Positions 1-12,768 of a stretch of 64,000 bases of DNA are shown one piece after another. Each line of letters starts with the position of its first letter. Positions within the stretch are counted from its first letter, which is position 1. This DNA comes from Octopus sinensis (Eukaryota): contig NC_043017.1 of NCBI RefSeq assembly GCF_006345805.1, positions 27,466,001 to 27,530,000 on the forward strand, written 5' to 3'. A model generated the notes under the pieces. That model had not been told where the DNA came from. It saw only the letters and a list, made by a program, of their open reading frames with translations, and made no database searches. The position numbers and the translations under genes are program-made.

Positions 1-49
<49 letters not shown>

Positions 50-170
50 GTGTGTGTGTGTGTGTGTATATATATATAGACTTAATATATATATATTTAG
101 ATATATACACACATAATATATATTATATATATATATACACACATAATATATATATATATATATACACATA

Positions 171-235
<65 letters not shown>

Positions 236-427
236 CATACATACATAATATATATATATTTATATGCATATATGGGTACAGGAAGTAACAAACAGTAAAC
301 AACATGAAATACGTAATCAAATGAGTTGAAAGCGCAACCAACGAAAGAAATCATTTTATTTATATTTATATATATTTAAACACTTATATATATATATATA
401 TTTATACATATATGTATATATATTTAA

Positions 428-460
<33 letters not shown>

Positions 461-470
461 CATACACACA
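1..470. repeat. compound (CA)n/(TA)n/(TG)n microsatellite
   Basis: Directly visible dinucleotide runs; explains the ORFs at 97-354 and 123-341. Confidence 0.95.
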
Positions 471-599
471 TAAATATGGGTGTTATTTAATATGCGTAAT
501 ATATATCTTAATGTGATACTATTAGTTTCTTGTGCCGAGAATCATTGTTTTTTAACCTGTCTGGTTCACCAGCACAGTTATCATGCACAGCCCACTTGG

Positions 600-870
600 C
601 ATAAGATCATTGTGTGTGTGTATGTTTGTGTGTGTGTGTGTGTGTACTCGTGTGTCTTTTACATCTGAGTCTGTCCCTCGCCACCGCTTGACAACCTGTG
701 GTAGTGTATTTATATCCCAATAACCTAGCCATCCGTCAAAAAGTGCACGCTAGAATAAGCATCTAGCTTGTAAATATTACTTCTAAATATCGAATTTTCA
801 ACTGAAACACTTCAACGCAATGCCCCAGCATGACCGCAGCCATATAACTAAAACAGTTAGAAGATAGATG
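600..870 (+). mobile_element. degenerate 3' half of SINE family A (family with internal microsatellite)
   Basis: (TG)n followed by cgcttgacaacc...gtatttatatccc...gccccagcatgaccgcag...aaaacagttagaaga, a diverged version of the intact copies at 31422 and 35588. Confidence 0.6.
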
Positions 871-1454
871 CTGGAAACTAGAAGAGAAAAAGTAGAAGAT
901 ATAGGTATGAAAACTGCAAAAAACCTCCTTCTGTTATAACTTATTCATTTGCAATTATTCATCCAAGCAGAACGGATCTGGAAGAGAAAACTCTGAGTAT
1001 TAGCTATATGGTATTTTATTGTTTGACTTTTCCTATTCACGATCTGAACTAGACGCTCTTATTACATTATTATGTGATTCTGTACAATACGTAATATGGA
1101 AGCCATGTTATTGTAGTGAAAATGTCTTGTGTATAAAGTATTATGTGACCAGTAAGGAGAAGATGTTTTTTATTGTGTGCAAATTTGCAAAACATGGTGT
1201 AATATATTTTTTTTTTTGTGATCTCTCCGCGTTTTTGTTTCTATTATTATTTTATTTATTATCTTTATTTATCCATTTTTTGGTTTTTAGTATTGGCAAC
1301 ATTTTTATATCTTGATTATTTCCATTGCGAAGCCATTTTATAAGTTTATAACTGTTCAATTTCCCTCCAGACGATGTTATGATATGCAGTGATAGAGATG
1401 TTTATCAGATATTGCCTTATTACTATTTTTGTGTTGTAACAGTTCTTGCTGTTG

Positions 1455-1456
1455 TC

Positions 1457-1491
<35 letters not shown>

Positions 1492-1610
1492 TACTTTTAT
1501 TATTATTACTCTTATTATTATTATTACTTATTATTATTATTATTATTATTACTTTTATTATTATTATTTTTTTTTTCTTCTTATCATTATTATTATTACT
1601 TTTATTATTA
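1455..1610. repeat. (ATT)n trinucleotide microsatellite
   Basis: Directly visible; source of the poly-I/Y/L ORFs. Confidence 0.95.
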
Positions 1611-1988
1611 TCGTACACAGCATCGGTTTGGTAGATACCAAACTCTTCCCCCTACAGTCACACGTACTTTGCACCGTTTCCATTGTCCTTGTTCAGCTTA
1701 GTAAACGAGATTTCTGCTGAGAGAGGTAATTCACCTCGATATCCAATAACCTCGACCAAACATTTACGCTTCTTGCCAGACACTTCGAATTAAACATAAA
1801 AATTTGTTTTCTAACAGCTTCACTGCAATTTCAACTTTTAGACATCCGCATTCTAGGTTTTGGTCAATAGGACGAATAGTCAGAGCTTCGGAAAGAAATT
1901 CCGTGAGATAACTTCTTGTTATAAGTTGAAATATTTCAAAGATTAACTATGCCTTTCCTCCTCTTGATGTGGATGATATTGATCTCCC

Positions 1989-2291
1989 GGTACTCCGTCA
2001 GTAACGACGGGGATTATTCCAGTTGATCCGAGCAACCGAACAGCCTGCAACTGACTGAGCACTCCACTGACATGCGCACTATTAACGTAATTCTCAGAGG
2101 TACACTGTGACACAGAATGTGATAAGGCTGGTCCATTGAATTACAGGTACAAATGATTTTTCCAATCTGAGTGGACAGGAGCACCGTTAAAGAAAGTGCT
2201 TTTCTCCCAGACACAACGCATCGCCACGAATTGAACTCACGACTTTACGATCGTGAACCGAGTACCTGATACTCTAAGCCACGTGCCTTCA
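1989..2291 (-). mobile_element. tRNA-derived SINE (CORE-like middle, tail Y)
   Basis: The minus strand starts tgaaggcacgtggcttagag (A-box-like) and has gagttcaattc (B-box-like), then gcgttgtgtc...gtccactcag. Its 3' part (gtggagtgctcag...gcaggctgttc...ggatcaactggaa...gacggagt) is shared with 14313-14689. Confidence 0.75.
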
Positions 2292-2440
2292 GTATTGATT
2301 AAAATTCAAGCACGGAATCAATTGTGTTGACTGTTAAATGAATACAAATTTTCTGGCCTTGTTCCAAAACTACAATATTTACTAGAGTGAACATTGTTAG
2401 ATCAGCGGAAAAAAAAAGAACCATCTTGAATTATATTATA

Positions 2441-2830
2441 CTAGCAGTATCGCCCGGCGTTGCTCGGATTTGTAAGGGAAATAACTATATAAGCATTTTT
2501 AGAGAGTTATAGCAAAAAGATAGCAAAAAAATGCATTAAAATGGAAAAAAAATGATGGTAAATTTTTTTTAAATCGTTCACTCATCGTAGACATTTTTAG
2601 AGAGTTACTTCCCTTATATAATAGCGAAAAAATGCATTAAAATGGAAAAAAATTAAGGTAAGTTTTTTTTTAAATCGTAGACTCATCGTAGACGCGCGCT
2701 AATACCCAGAAGGGCTCGATATGAATCACGACTATAATATACCCGGTTTTGGTTAAACTGCACCGCAAAATGTGGGAGTAGTTAGGAATCTAAATCGTAG
2801 GAGACAGGCACACCACTTGACTTTTATATA
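2441..2830 (-). mobile_element. non-autonomous Helitron (5' end eroded)
   Basis: The minus-strand 3' end reads ccgagcaacgccgggcgatactgCTAG followed by T, a GC-rich subterminal hairpin plus CTAG. It has the same 3' end as the neighbour at 2836. Confidence 0.75.
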
Positions 2831-2835
2831 TATTA

Positions 2836-3223
2836 CTAGCAGTATCGCCCGGCGTTGCTCAGGTTTGTAAGGGAAATAACTATAAAGCATTTTTAGAGAG
2901 TTACAGCCAAAAAATAGCCAAAAAATGGAAAAAAAATGATGGTAAACTTTTTTTTTGAGAGTAATAAAAGGTTGAGTTGCGTCCCCTAGACAGTCTGTGG
3001 TTTGTTTTTTTTTATTCTCGACCCCATGTCGAATTTATCGATTTTTTTCAGAACTGGGGGAACTTTTCAAAATTTTCGCTGCGTTAGTTTTGAATTATGA
3101 CATTGGGCTATGTGTGTGTCAAGTTTCATCAGAATCGGTTGAAAGCCGTGGTCAGGGTGAGGGTACGAGAAAACAGACACACAGAAACACGCACAGACAA
3201 ACTGCCGTTTATATAGAGAGAGA
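2836..3223 (-). mobile_element. non-autonomous Helitron, full length
   Basis: Minus strand: A|TCtctctctatataaacggcag...(CA/GA) microsatellite...aaccgattctgatgaaactt... ending ...gcaacgccgggcgatactgCTAG|T. It has a 5' TC, a 3' CTAG, an A/T target and no TSD. Confidence 0.85.
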
Positions 3224-3423
3224 TTATATATTCTGGCTCTTTAAGTTCTGACTCCAGTTCCAATTCAGGCCAAATTTGGTTTCAATAACTTTTATGATGA
3301 AAATAATATATCAGTCATGTACTTAGGTCCAAGCAAATTCTTAAACACATCTGCAAAAATTGTTCGTTATGTGACAGTATCGGAAGCCATAGTATATTAA
3401 AACATCATCTTTGCTGTTGTTGT

Positions 3424-3803
3424 TTGTTTGTTTGTTTGTTGAGCGAGGCGGTCTTCGTCTGTAGGAGAAGTCCGAAACGTGGTCCTTAGCTAATCGTAAG
3501 ACCCGCAGAAGAGAAAGCTGGTCAACCCCAACACCGAAAGCATCGACGGACGGACGGATGGATGAATGCGCATCCAGGCTCAGCGGTTGCGTAGGAAGTC
3601 GGGGACAAGAAACAGGAAGAAAGGCTGAGAGAAATTTGGAACGAAAAAGTAGAGCAGGAGTCGCCACCACCCCCTGCCGGAGCCTCGTGGATCTGTAGGT
3701 GTTTTCGCTCAATAAACACACACAACGCCCAGTCTGGGAATCGAAATCGCGATCCTCCGACCGCGAGTCCGCTGCCCTAACCACTGGGCCATTGCGCTTC
3801 CAC
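3424..3803 (-). mobile_element. tRNA-derived SINE, full length (head H1, tail X ending in (AAAC)n)
   Basis: Head tggcccagtggttagggcagcggactcgcggtcggaggatcgcgatttcgattccc is tRNA-like. The tail is (AACA)n, and a 12-bp direct repeat tgctgttgttgt at 3412-3423 and 3804-3815 is the TSD. Confidence 0.9.
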
Positions 3804-5379
3804 TGCTGTTGTTGTCGAGAGGGTGCTGAACAGTTCCTGATTTTTAGGGTATCGCGAAAAACCTGGTTTGAGACCCAAACTTTACGAGTCCTTTGACAGA
3901 ACTTGTCAAGAAAATGAAGGACCGCCACAATATGTGCGTGAATCGGATAAGAGAATATGTTGAATAAAATGATAAGTAACTGATCTTCCTGTATTTTTCT
4001 TTTACCCAAAGCCAGGAATGTTTCAGTACTCTCTCGTAGACACAACTTTACAATAATATATGGGATAGAAGAGTAATAAATGAAATTATAGGTAGAACAG
4101 AAACACAGTGGACGCAGAAATCCTCAGCCCCTCGTCAGCTGTCGACCAAATATCGACATAATTTCCACACCTATACATATATCCAATCATAATATTCTAC
4201 TAAGTATATTAATGCTTTACAAGTCAATATTGTGTCTTAATTTTCTTAGCAGTGCGTCTCTCAACCCTATAGAATTTCTCTGGAGAAATACATGAAAATG
4301 AAAACGACGAACTCTTAACACAAACGTAAGGCAGAACATTGAGTCGTAAATTTTTTTATTATACATCGTAGTATATTATGGTAGCAAAACAAAATACTGT
4401 TTTCGCTAGCAATTAATATTTACGTACCAGTTGCCAGGAATGTGTTTAATATATGAATTGGCCTATCCCATTGTTTTTTTTACCGCTTAAACTTAATGGG
4501 TATTTAAACAATGCTTTCATGGATAGTTAATAGGATGGAAATGGTGCTGATGAAAGTACAATAACTCTTGAAATATGCATATACTCCTATTACTTATTCT
4601 TCGGTTACATTCTTTACATAGACATATACGTATATGAAACATCACAACTTTTAAGTGCCACTGGCTCTGAACTTTGTAGAAAATCAGTAGAGTTAATTTT
4701 AAATATCTATCTATCTTTCCTCTTCTCTCTCTCTCTCTGTGCATATATATATATATATAACGCGTCCACAGGTAATGAAATGCCGAGTCAATTTTCGTTG
4801 TTTTTTCCTCTATACCGAAGTGAATTGTTTTGAGTATACGTTGTCTGGGAGTTTCTTCTTATAGTAGAAGAAATAGCTAAGTTCTTTGGCTGCTATTTCG
4901 AAAGTTCGGTATGTCGCGAAGCAAATTTTTTGCTGAACCCTGATTATAATTATACTCAAAAGTATAAAAAATAATATATATATATATATATATATACACA
5001 TACATACGCACACACAAATGTATGTATGTATACAATCGGTTGCACCGTGATTTTTACAGGAAACTCTTCACACGTTTTATTCAAATTCTTATATTTTTCC
5101 CTCAAATTAGTTATATTTTTTTATATGCACAATTCTTTGTTTAAATCTTTGTAGTTTTTCATTTTCCTCTCATTTGCTTACATCTCAATGCTACGATAAA
5201 TGATTGGCATAAAATCGTACTTACCGTAAAAAGCAATATCAAAATATAAAAGTCACCCTAGAAATTGAAAATCAGGTTAATGCAATTGAAACTAGCGTTC
5301 GAACATTTATAAGATGCAAATATAATAACTCAGCTTCACTAAAATTTGAGTATCTTCAACAACTTGTTTGCACACACCA

Positions 5380-5765
5380 GGCGTGCGGGTGTGGCTGTGT
5401 GGTAAGTAGCTTGCTTACGAACCACATGGTTCCGGGTTCAGCCCCACTGCGTAGCACCTTGGGCAAGTATCTTCTACTATAGCCCCGGGCCGACCAAAGC
5501 CTTGTGAGCAGATATGGTAGACGGAAACTGAAAGAAGCCGGTCGTATATATGTTTGTGTCTGTGTTTGTCTCCCCCCTCCGAACATTGCTTGACAACCGA
5601 TGCTGTTGTATTTATGTCCCCGTAACTTAGCAGTTCGGCAAAAAGACCGATAGAATAAGTACTAGGCTTACAAAGAATAAGTCCAGGGATCGATTTGTTG
5701 ACTAAAGGCGGTGCTCCAGCATGGCCTTAGTCACATGACTGAAACAAGTAAAAGAATAAAAAGAG
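5380..5765 (+). mobile_element. SINE family A
   Basis: tggctgtgtggtaag A-box, gggttcagcccc B-box, CORE-like ccttgggcaagt, internal TA/TG tract and tail gcatggcc..agtcacatgactgaaacaagtaaaaga. Confidence 0.9.
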
Positions 5766-6639
5766 TACGCCATTTCATAAGTGCAGGTTTGAAGACTGTT
5801 TTCTCTGGATTAGTTCTATCTGGCAACGATGCTAAAATAAGAAAGCGTCTTAACAATGACTAAGATTAATGTTTCCCGTTCTGTTAGATCTGAATTACTT
5901 CGTAATTCAGTTTTCGGAGATATTAAAGCATTGTTTGTGGAACAGGAATTGAATGAAGTCGATTTAATTAAGATGGTCACCATTATCCCAAATGACGAGA
6001 GTCGGTCCGATACTGGTGAATCAATCTAAATGAGTGCTGTAAAAACTGTAAAAGGTTGACTGCAAATGCCAAGAAACTTGGAAAAAAATCATTCATTAAA
6101 ATTTATTCCAATATGGAATAGGAGTCTTAAATTTCAAAGGAAAATTGCAGCCTAAAATTACAGATTTCGTAAGAGACACAGTTTTATAGAATATACTAAA
6201 GATCAAACTACGTCGAGGTCGAATTTGCCCTTCATCCATTGTGGACCAATAAAAAGAAGTCCCCTTTATACTCGGTGATCCTTGTAATAGACTTATCCAC
6301 TCCCTTAAAATTGCTGGTCTTGTGCCAAAAATTTAAAATCAGTATTTAAATATCATGTTTTTCAATGAGGTTTCCCTAATTTGGGTAATAGAGCTTTTCT
6401 ACACGACTCAAATAATCAATTATACATTAAAGTTTTTGTTTTGCTTTATATCGAAAATGCAAATATTTGGTTGAAACAACGCCTGAACATAGTAATATTG
6501 TGGAATTTAATGTTAGTTTTTAAGTATTCACCGGCTGATATGAATTGTAAATATATTTGGGAATGGCAAGTATGAAATTAGTATGGAAAACTTACGTAGA
6601 GGAACAAAAAGAAGCCATACATGATATTTTATAGTTTAT

Positions 6640-7058
6640 TTTTCTCAGTCATTATACTGTGTTGTGTTGGAGCACCGCCTTGAAATGCTTTAGTCGAAAG
6701 AATGAATCAAATTGCTGTTTTTAAAGGCTGCTACTTATTCTATCGGTGTCTTGTGACGATCTGCTTGGTTACTGAGATGTAAACATGCGAACACTGGTTA
6801 TCAAGCAAAGATGGTGGGGAAAAAACGCAGATATAAAAACGAGTATACATACCCGCCTCCACCATTTATATTAATATATATATATATATATGTGCGTGTG
6901 TGTGTGTGTGTGTGTGGATTCTTTCAGCTTTCATTTTTTTAATCCACTCATTTACTAAAAAGAGCTTGATTGGTCCGAGGCTATAGCAGAAAGCAGCTGC
7001 GCATAGTGCAACGCAGTGGAACTGAACCCGACACTATTTTGTTGAGAAGCAAATTGCT
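6640..7058 (-). mobile_element. degenerate SINE family A
   Basis: Diverged matches to the reverse complement of family A (cagtcat...ggagcaccgcctt...ttctttcagctttc...ccgaggctatag...actgaacccg). Confidence 0.75.
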
Positions 7059-7107
7059 TAGCGTATAGCTGTGCCTGTGGCTAAACAGACGGGGATAAGT
7101 AAAGTAT

Positions 7108-7518
7108 GCGGCGAGCTGGCAGAATCGCTAGCACGCCAGGCGAAATGCGTAGCCGTATTGCGTCTGCCGTTACGTTCTGAGTTCAAATTCTGCCGAGGTC
7201 GACTTTGCCTTTCATCCTTTCGGGATCGATAAATGAAGTACCAGTTACACACTGAGGTCGATGTAATCGACTTAATCCGTTTTTGTCCTTGTTTGTCCTC
7301 TCTGTATTTAGCCCCTTATGGGTAGTAAAGAAATAGGTATTTCGTCTGCCATTATGTTCTGAGTTCAAAATCCGCCGAGGTCGACTTTGCCTTTCATCCT
7401 TTCGGGGTCGATTAAATAAGTACCAGTTACGCACTGGGTCTATATAATCGACTTAATCCCTTTGTCAGTCTTGTTTGTCCAATCTGTGTTTATCCCCTTG
7501 TGGGTAGTAAAGAAATAG
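7108..7518 (+). mobile_element. SINE family B, head plus 2 tandem body units
   Basis: gcggcgagctggcagaatcgctagc head, then gagttcaaattc B-box and gactttgcctttcatcctttcggggtcgat body, repeated at ~182-bp period (7155, 7337). Confidence 0.9.
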
Positions 7519-8140
7519 GTAAAGGATCATGAAAGCATGATATAACTTGAATGCAAGGTGTTTCACTGAGAGGATTGGATTTATTAGATCGTTGATGAAT
7601 AAAAACAGCTACACGTTGGAGTAAGTCGGACTAGAAATACTCTTAGAATAGAAACAGTTGGATTGGTTCCTCTTCATCTTGTATTTCATTGTAGCAGAAT
7701 CATTTGGGAGCAAAATATTAAGCACTGAAAAGAAAATAATAAAGAAGAGGAGTAAATACAGGAATTTATAATAATGCGTAGGAAAAGAATTGGACAGGAA
7801 TATAAAGCAGTTATGTGTGAGAGGAAAGAAAGCCCAATTCTGAATATGGACATGTATAACTGAAAATGAGGAAGCCAGAGGAAGACACATGTTGACATAT
7901 CAAGATATGTAATTGATAGTGACTTGAAAATAGTACCATGAAAATACAAAGAAAATTAATTTGAAAGTCAAACGTTTTATAGAATAATTTGAATTCATTT
8001 TTCTGTTAAAGTAAAGGATGTTCACATTGACGTGTTTCTCATTCTCCTGCAGAATAGATTTCAATGATACTTACCTATAAATGGACGCATAAATATAAGG
8101 AATAGGAGTTTACAGAATATATCTCCCTTTCTTTCTCTCC

Positions 8141-8224
<84 letters not shown>

Positions 8225-8498
8225 ACACATGTTGGAGCGAGAGAAAGCGGGAGAGAGGAGCAAAACAGAAATTTATATTTACCCCATAGGATAAATAGTG
8301 GATCAGTGTATAACTGGAAATCTTTAAAATGCAACAAAATGAATACAGCCACTGTAATGGTAACGTTGAAGATTCGATTTTATTCCCAAGATTATCAAAA
8401 TGACAGGGCGTTCCTTAAGTAAAAACCAATCGCCTGTGAAATGCTTCGATTTCGGAGACATTTTTAGCTTATTAATGAAAAAACTACGAATTTCTTAT

Positions 8499-8722
8499 TT
8501 CTTTATTGCCCACAAGGAGCTAAACGTAGAGGGGACAAACAAGGACAGACAAATGGATTAAGTCTATTATATCGACCCCAGTGCGTAACTGGTGCTTATT
8601 TAATCGATCCCGAAAGGATGGAAAGTAAACTCGGTGGAATTTGAACTTAGAACGTAAAGACAGACGTAATACCGCTAAGCATTTCACCCATCGTGCTAAT
8701 GTTTCTGCCAGTTCGCCGCCTT
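8499..8722 (-). mobile_element. SINE family B monomer with TSD
   Basis: Reverse-complement family B; direct repeat tacgaatttcttat at 8485-8498 and 8726-8739. Confidence 0.85.
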
Positions 8723-10070
8723 AATTACGAATTTCTTATCAGCATATCCCTCACGGATGGGAACATTTTAAGAAATTACGTAGCCTTCCTCTCTATAAAC
8801 TTCGAATTTTATACATTTATGTTTCTGCTGGAAGGAGATTAAATATATCATTTCAGAAGCCGAAGCAACTCAGATCCTATCCTTCAAAGCTCACGCTCTA
8901 TAAATTTAGCTATTGCCATTAAAATATGCCCATAGCTTGTAGTTATATACTAGCATATCCGATGATAGTATCTTCAAAACGACTAGTGGTGATGAATTAC
9001 ATGGCAATGTATTAAGCTACCAGAAATACGGGCTTATGGAATGGTAGCCTGACGGAAAATCCTCACAAAAGAGCCATACTCATATTTTTTATCATGCGAT
9101 AAGAAATACCACTCTTCTCTTACTGTATTATGACTAGTAAAAATGGCTGATAAAATTTGCCAAATAATACACAGGAAACAGGATCGCGCTGACTAGTCAT
9201 AAAAGAAAATAGTTTTAACCTTTATATCTCTTGTAAAGCTGTTGTACTGAAAGATATCTTCGAAGTGTCGCCACTTGAAAAAATATTTCTTCCATGAGAC
9301 TTTATTCAATTTAAATTCTAATAACGTTATGAAATTGCAGGCGGAGTCTCTTTGATACTCCTTCAAACGTACCCCTATCTCGCAATGTTTTTTTGAAATT
9401 ATTTCGACATTCGGAAATACTCATCCTAAATTCTGTGCAAATTTTGTGTGAAATATTCTCTTGTAAGGAAGTGTTGTTCACAGCATATTGAAGTATAGTT
9501 CTCAGTTTTATCATTTGTTCACTGTTGTTTTCTAACTATAGGCCAAATAACTCGATTTATGCGCATCCCTATTCTATTCAATTTAATGATCTTGTTTATC
9601 TTTACTTCTACAACATATATATCTCTCTTCAATTTAGCACTCATTACACAATTCGCCTGCAGTTTTTCCTCTCTAGTTCCCCACTCTCGATAATTTTGTC
9701 ATTCACTTTCTCTAAGTACTTGGATATTTGCTCGATGTTTTGGTATGAGACGATATCCATTAAATGTATCAAACTTAAAATCTTTAATCTCAGGGCTAAT
9801 CTTTGTTTGCTGAAATATTGAAGTACTGTTTATAATGGGACTAAGAGAGCATTGTAGTTTTTTTGTTTCGTACGTCAATGATATGACTCTTAGTATACTA
9901 AGAAGAAAAATACGCATACAGAAACACACACACTCAGAATGTAGGTATATATGTACGTACATATCTCTGTATATATGTTTACATAACTGTGTATGAATGT
10001 ACGTATATATGTACTTACGTATCTCTGTATATATGTTTACATAACTGTTTGTGTATGAATGTACGTATAT

Positions 10071-10608
10071 ATAATAATAATAATGAAATTATTGTATACA
10101 GTGCTCAGGTGCACCACAACTTGTCAGAAAGTGCGTATAAAGTCTGGAAAGCAAACAATGTATGAGTCAGATACATGCTTGTGAGTGTATGGAAGGGAGA
10201 AAATCAGTTGTAGTGTCGGCGAATCTCAGGAAACATGGAAGATTTGAAGGATGCAGTGCTCCGACAACTAACAACTGATGCCGGCAGTTTGTTCCATGCT
10301 TCAGCAACTCTCAGCGTGAAAAAATGTTTCCTAAAGTCATGGGAGCTGTGCTGTTTTCTGACTTTGTAAATATGTCCAGGGGTGTTAGACGGGTGGAGTT
10401 TGAAAAGGTGCTCAGAGTTATTGTTTGTAAGATGGTTAATAATGTTATGGGTGTCTGCCAAGTCAGCTGCCAGACGTCGGAGTATCAATGTGTCCATGCC
10501 CAGGGAAGTAAGGCGTTCAGAATATGGCAAGTGCCTGATGGAGGGTATTCTTTTGGTTGCACGTCGCTGAACGGCTTCCAGACGATTAATATCCTGGGCA
10601 AGATAGGG
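10071..10608 (-). mobile_element. 5'-truncated CR1-clade LINE, ORF2 C-terminus plus 3' UTR
   Basis: The minus strand translates PYLAQDINRLEAVQRRATKRIP..LPYSERLTSLG..LRRLAADL..GHIYKVRK..FRKHFFTLRVAEAWNKLPASVV..SFK, the typical CR1 post-RT domain (stop at 10204). It ends in a GTGC-acctga-GCAC stem-loop and an (ATT)n tail. Confidence 0.92.
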
Positions 10609-11166
10609 TACGTATCTCTGTATATATGTTTACATAACTGTTTGTGTAAAAATATATACACATACACATATGTGCATAAGTAAGAGCGTTTGTGTGTGTG
10701 CGTGTATATATGTGTATAAGCATATACTTACATATAAGTATCCAAATATGACCTAACAAAATATTACTGAAAACACTTAGTAGTCTGGATTTGGGCAGCA
10801 AAGAGAATTAGAGCTATGAAAACTATCCTGTAACTAACATTCTTGATTATCGAAATTATCCCAGATTCTAAAGCATGTGTCACAATTACCAAATAACAAT
10901 TGACACAAGCTCCATAGAAGAAAGGTATATAATCTCAAAGATCAAAAATTCTTCATAGCTGCAAGCCGTTAAATGAAAGAACAGATGTATTGTCTAGAGA
11001 GAAGAGAGAATCGTGTCACATATTTCTGCCACATCAGGCGTCATCAGTATGAATGTTTTCCAACCAAACAATAATTTCTATAAATCAAGAATTAGGTAGT
11101 ATAGCGTTTCGTTTTTCTTTCCCTCTATCTCTTTTCCTCTCTCTCTTTTCCCCCTCTTTCTATAAT

Positions 11167-11213
<47 letters not shown>

Positions 11214-11214
<1 letters not shown>

Positions 11215-11368
11215 TCTATATTCTTTCACTTGTTTCAGTCATTTGATTGCGGCCATGCTGGAGCACCGCAAAGTACTTATTGTATCTGTCTCTTTTGCCG
11301 AACCGCTAAGTTACGGGGACGTAAACACACCAGCATCGGCGGGAAAAGCACACACACACACACACACA

Positions 11369-11420
<52 letters not shown>

Positions 11421-11595
11421 TATATATATACGACGGGCTTCTTTCAGTTTCTGTCTACCAATCCATTCTCAAGGATTTGGTTGGCCCGAGGATATAGTAG
11501 AATACATATGCCCAAGGTGCCACGTAGTGTGACTGAAGCCAGAACCATGTGGTTGATAAGCAAGCTACTTACCACACACCCATTCCTGCGCCTAT
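11214..11595 (-). mobile_element. SINE family A
   Basis: Reverse complement of family A including the internal CA/TA tract; a small internal deletion in the 3' half. Confidence 0.9.
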
Positions 11596-11597
11596 TT

Positions 11598-11642
<45 letters not shown>

Positions 11643-11716
11643 CATATATAGGTACACATATGTGTGTGTGTGAATATATCTATATCCGTATATATATATA
11701 AAGAGAGAGAGAGAGA

Positions 11717-11755
<39 letters not shown>

Positions 11756-12394
11756 TGGGTTATAAGTATATCAACAATCATAAAAAATGAATACACACAC
11801 GTGCTTGCGTGCATACTTCGTTGCACATAGGCGCATACACGCTCATAATCTCAACATTTCGAATACATATGTATATTTCCGCTTTCCATTTTCGCTTCTA
11901 CCGGTCTATATATATATTCAAAATATACCTCTTCCGATTCTTTGTTTCTCGTTTCCTCTGATGACAACATCACTCGATTTATATTAAATGCAGCAGCGGT
12001 AGAATCACGAATTCATGACCTCAGAAAAATATACATCTCACTGTCGCCCGCTTTCTCTCTCTCTCTCCATGTTGTTCCACCATCTTCCTGTCTCGCACAG
12101 TCTCTCTTATGCATATATATATATATATAATATATATATATATACATATATATACATGCATATATACTTTAAGTAAACATGTATTCATAAATATGGTCCC
12201 TTTATAGAGACATTTTCATTACATTTGAATCCCACTCTAATATAGTGTGGGTAACATCGGTTGTGTATAAATCTATCTATCTAATAATGTCTATATACCT
12301 GTTGATTGATGTATCTATTTATTTCTATATCTCTCTACGTATGTACATATACACTCACGTACCTACCTACCTACCTCTCTCTACATATCTTACT

Positions 12395-12479
<85 letters not shown>

Positions 12480-12533
12480 GGTATAGTGTATAATCAAACA
12501 CATAGAGATTCCACTTATAGGGGTTTTATATAT

Positions 12534-12768
12534 GAATAAATAAATAAATGGAGTTGAACGAAGATGTTAACAAAATTCTTTTATTCTCGACATGTTTCGA
12601 AGACATTGTTTTGTCTTGTTGTTGAGAGAGGCTACCCTTTTCTGATGAGAAGATTGCATCTTGCACCGTTTATTCCTTTGGAATAAAACCATGTTGTCTG
12701 CGTAACATATGTCGTGAGTAAGGGAATTTTGTTAACATCTTAGTTCAACTCCATTTATTTACTTATTC
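12534..12768. repeat. imperfect ~65-bp-arm inverted repeat, Penelope-like terminal repeat remnant
   Basis: Left arm gaataaataaataaatggagttgaacgaagatgttaacaaaattc..tattctcgacatgtt pairs with right arm aacatatgtcgtgagtaa..gaattttgttaacatcttagttcaactccatttatttacttattc. A related single arm lies at 63655-63722. The Penelope assignment is inferred from the GAAACATGTC/CTGATGA motifs. Confidence 0.65.

Noticed and set aside
97-1720. Short ORFs of poly-I/Y/L/N and YI/VC type (and similar ones throughout the window)
   Set aside because: Microsatellite read-through with no splice or homology support.
3341-4045. 234-aa minus-strand ORF
   Set aside because: Mostly reads through the SINE at 3424-3803; no domain.
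4010-4140. Minus-strand CTGACGA ... GAAACATTC with a partial stem I
   Set aside because: The ~100-nt insert gives no convincing stem II; too degenerate to call a hammerhead.
5856-6029. 57-codon ORF MTKINVSRSV..FVEQELNEVDLIKMV..DESRSD, vaguely like a pogo/Tigger transposase tail
   Set aside because: Similarity is impressionistic and no TIR or catalytic motif is nearby; needs an HMM search.
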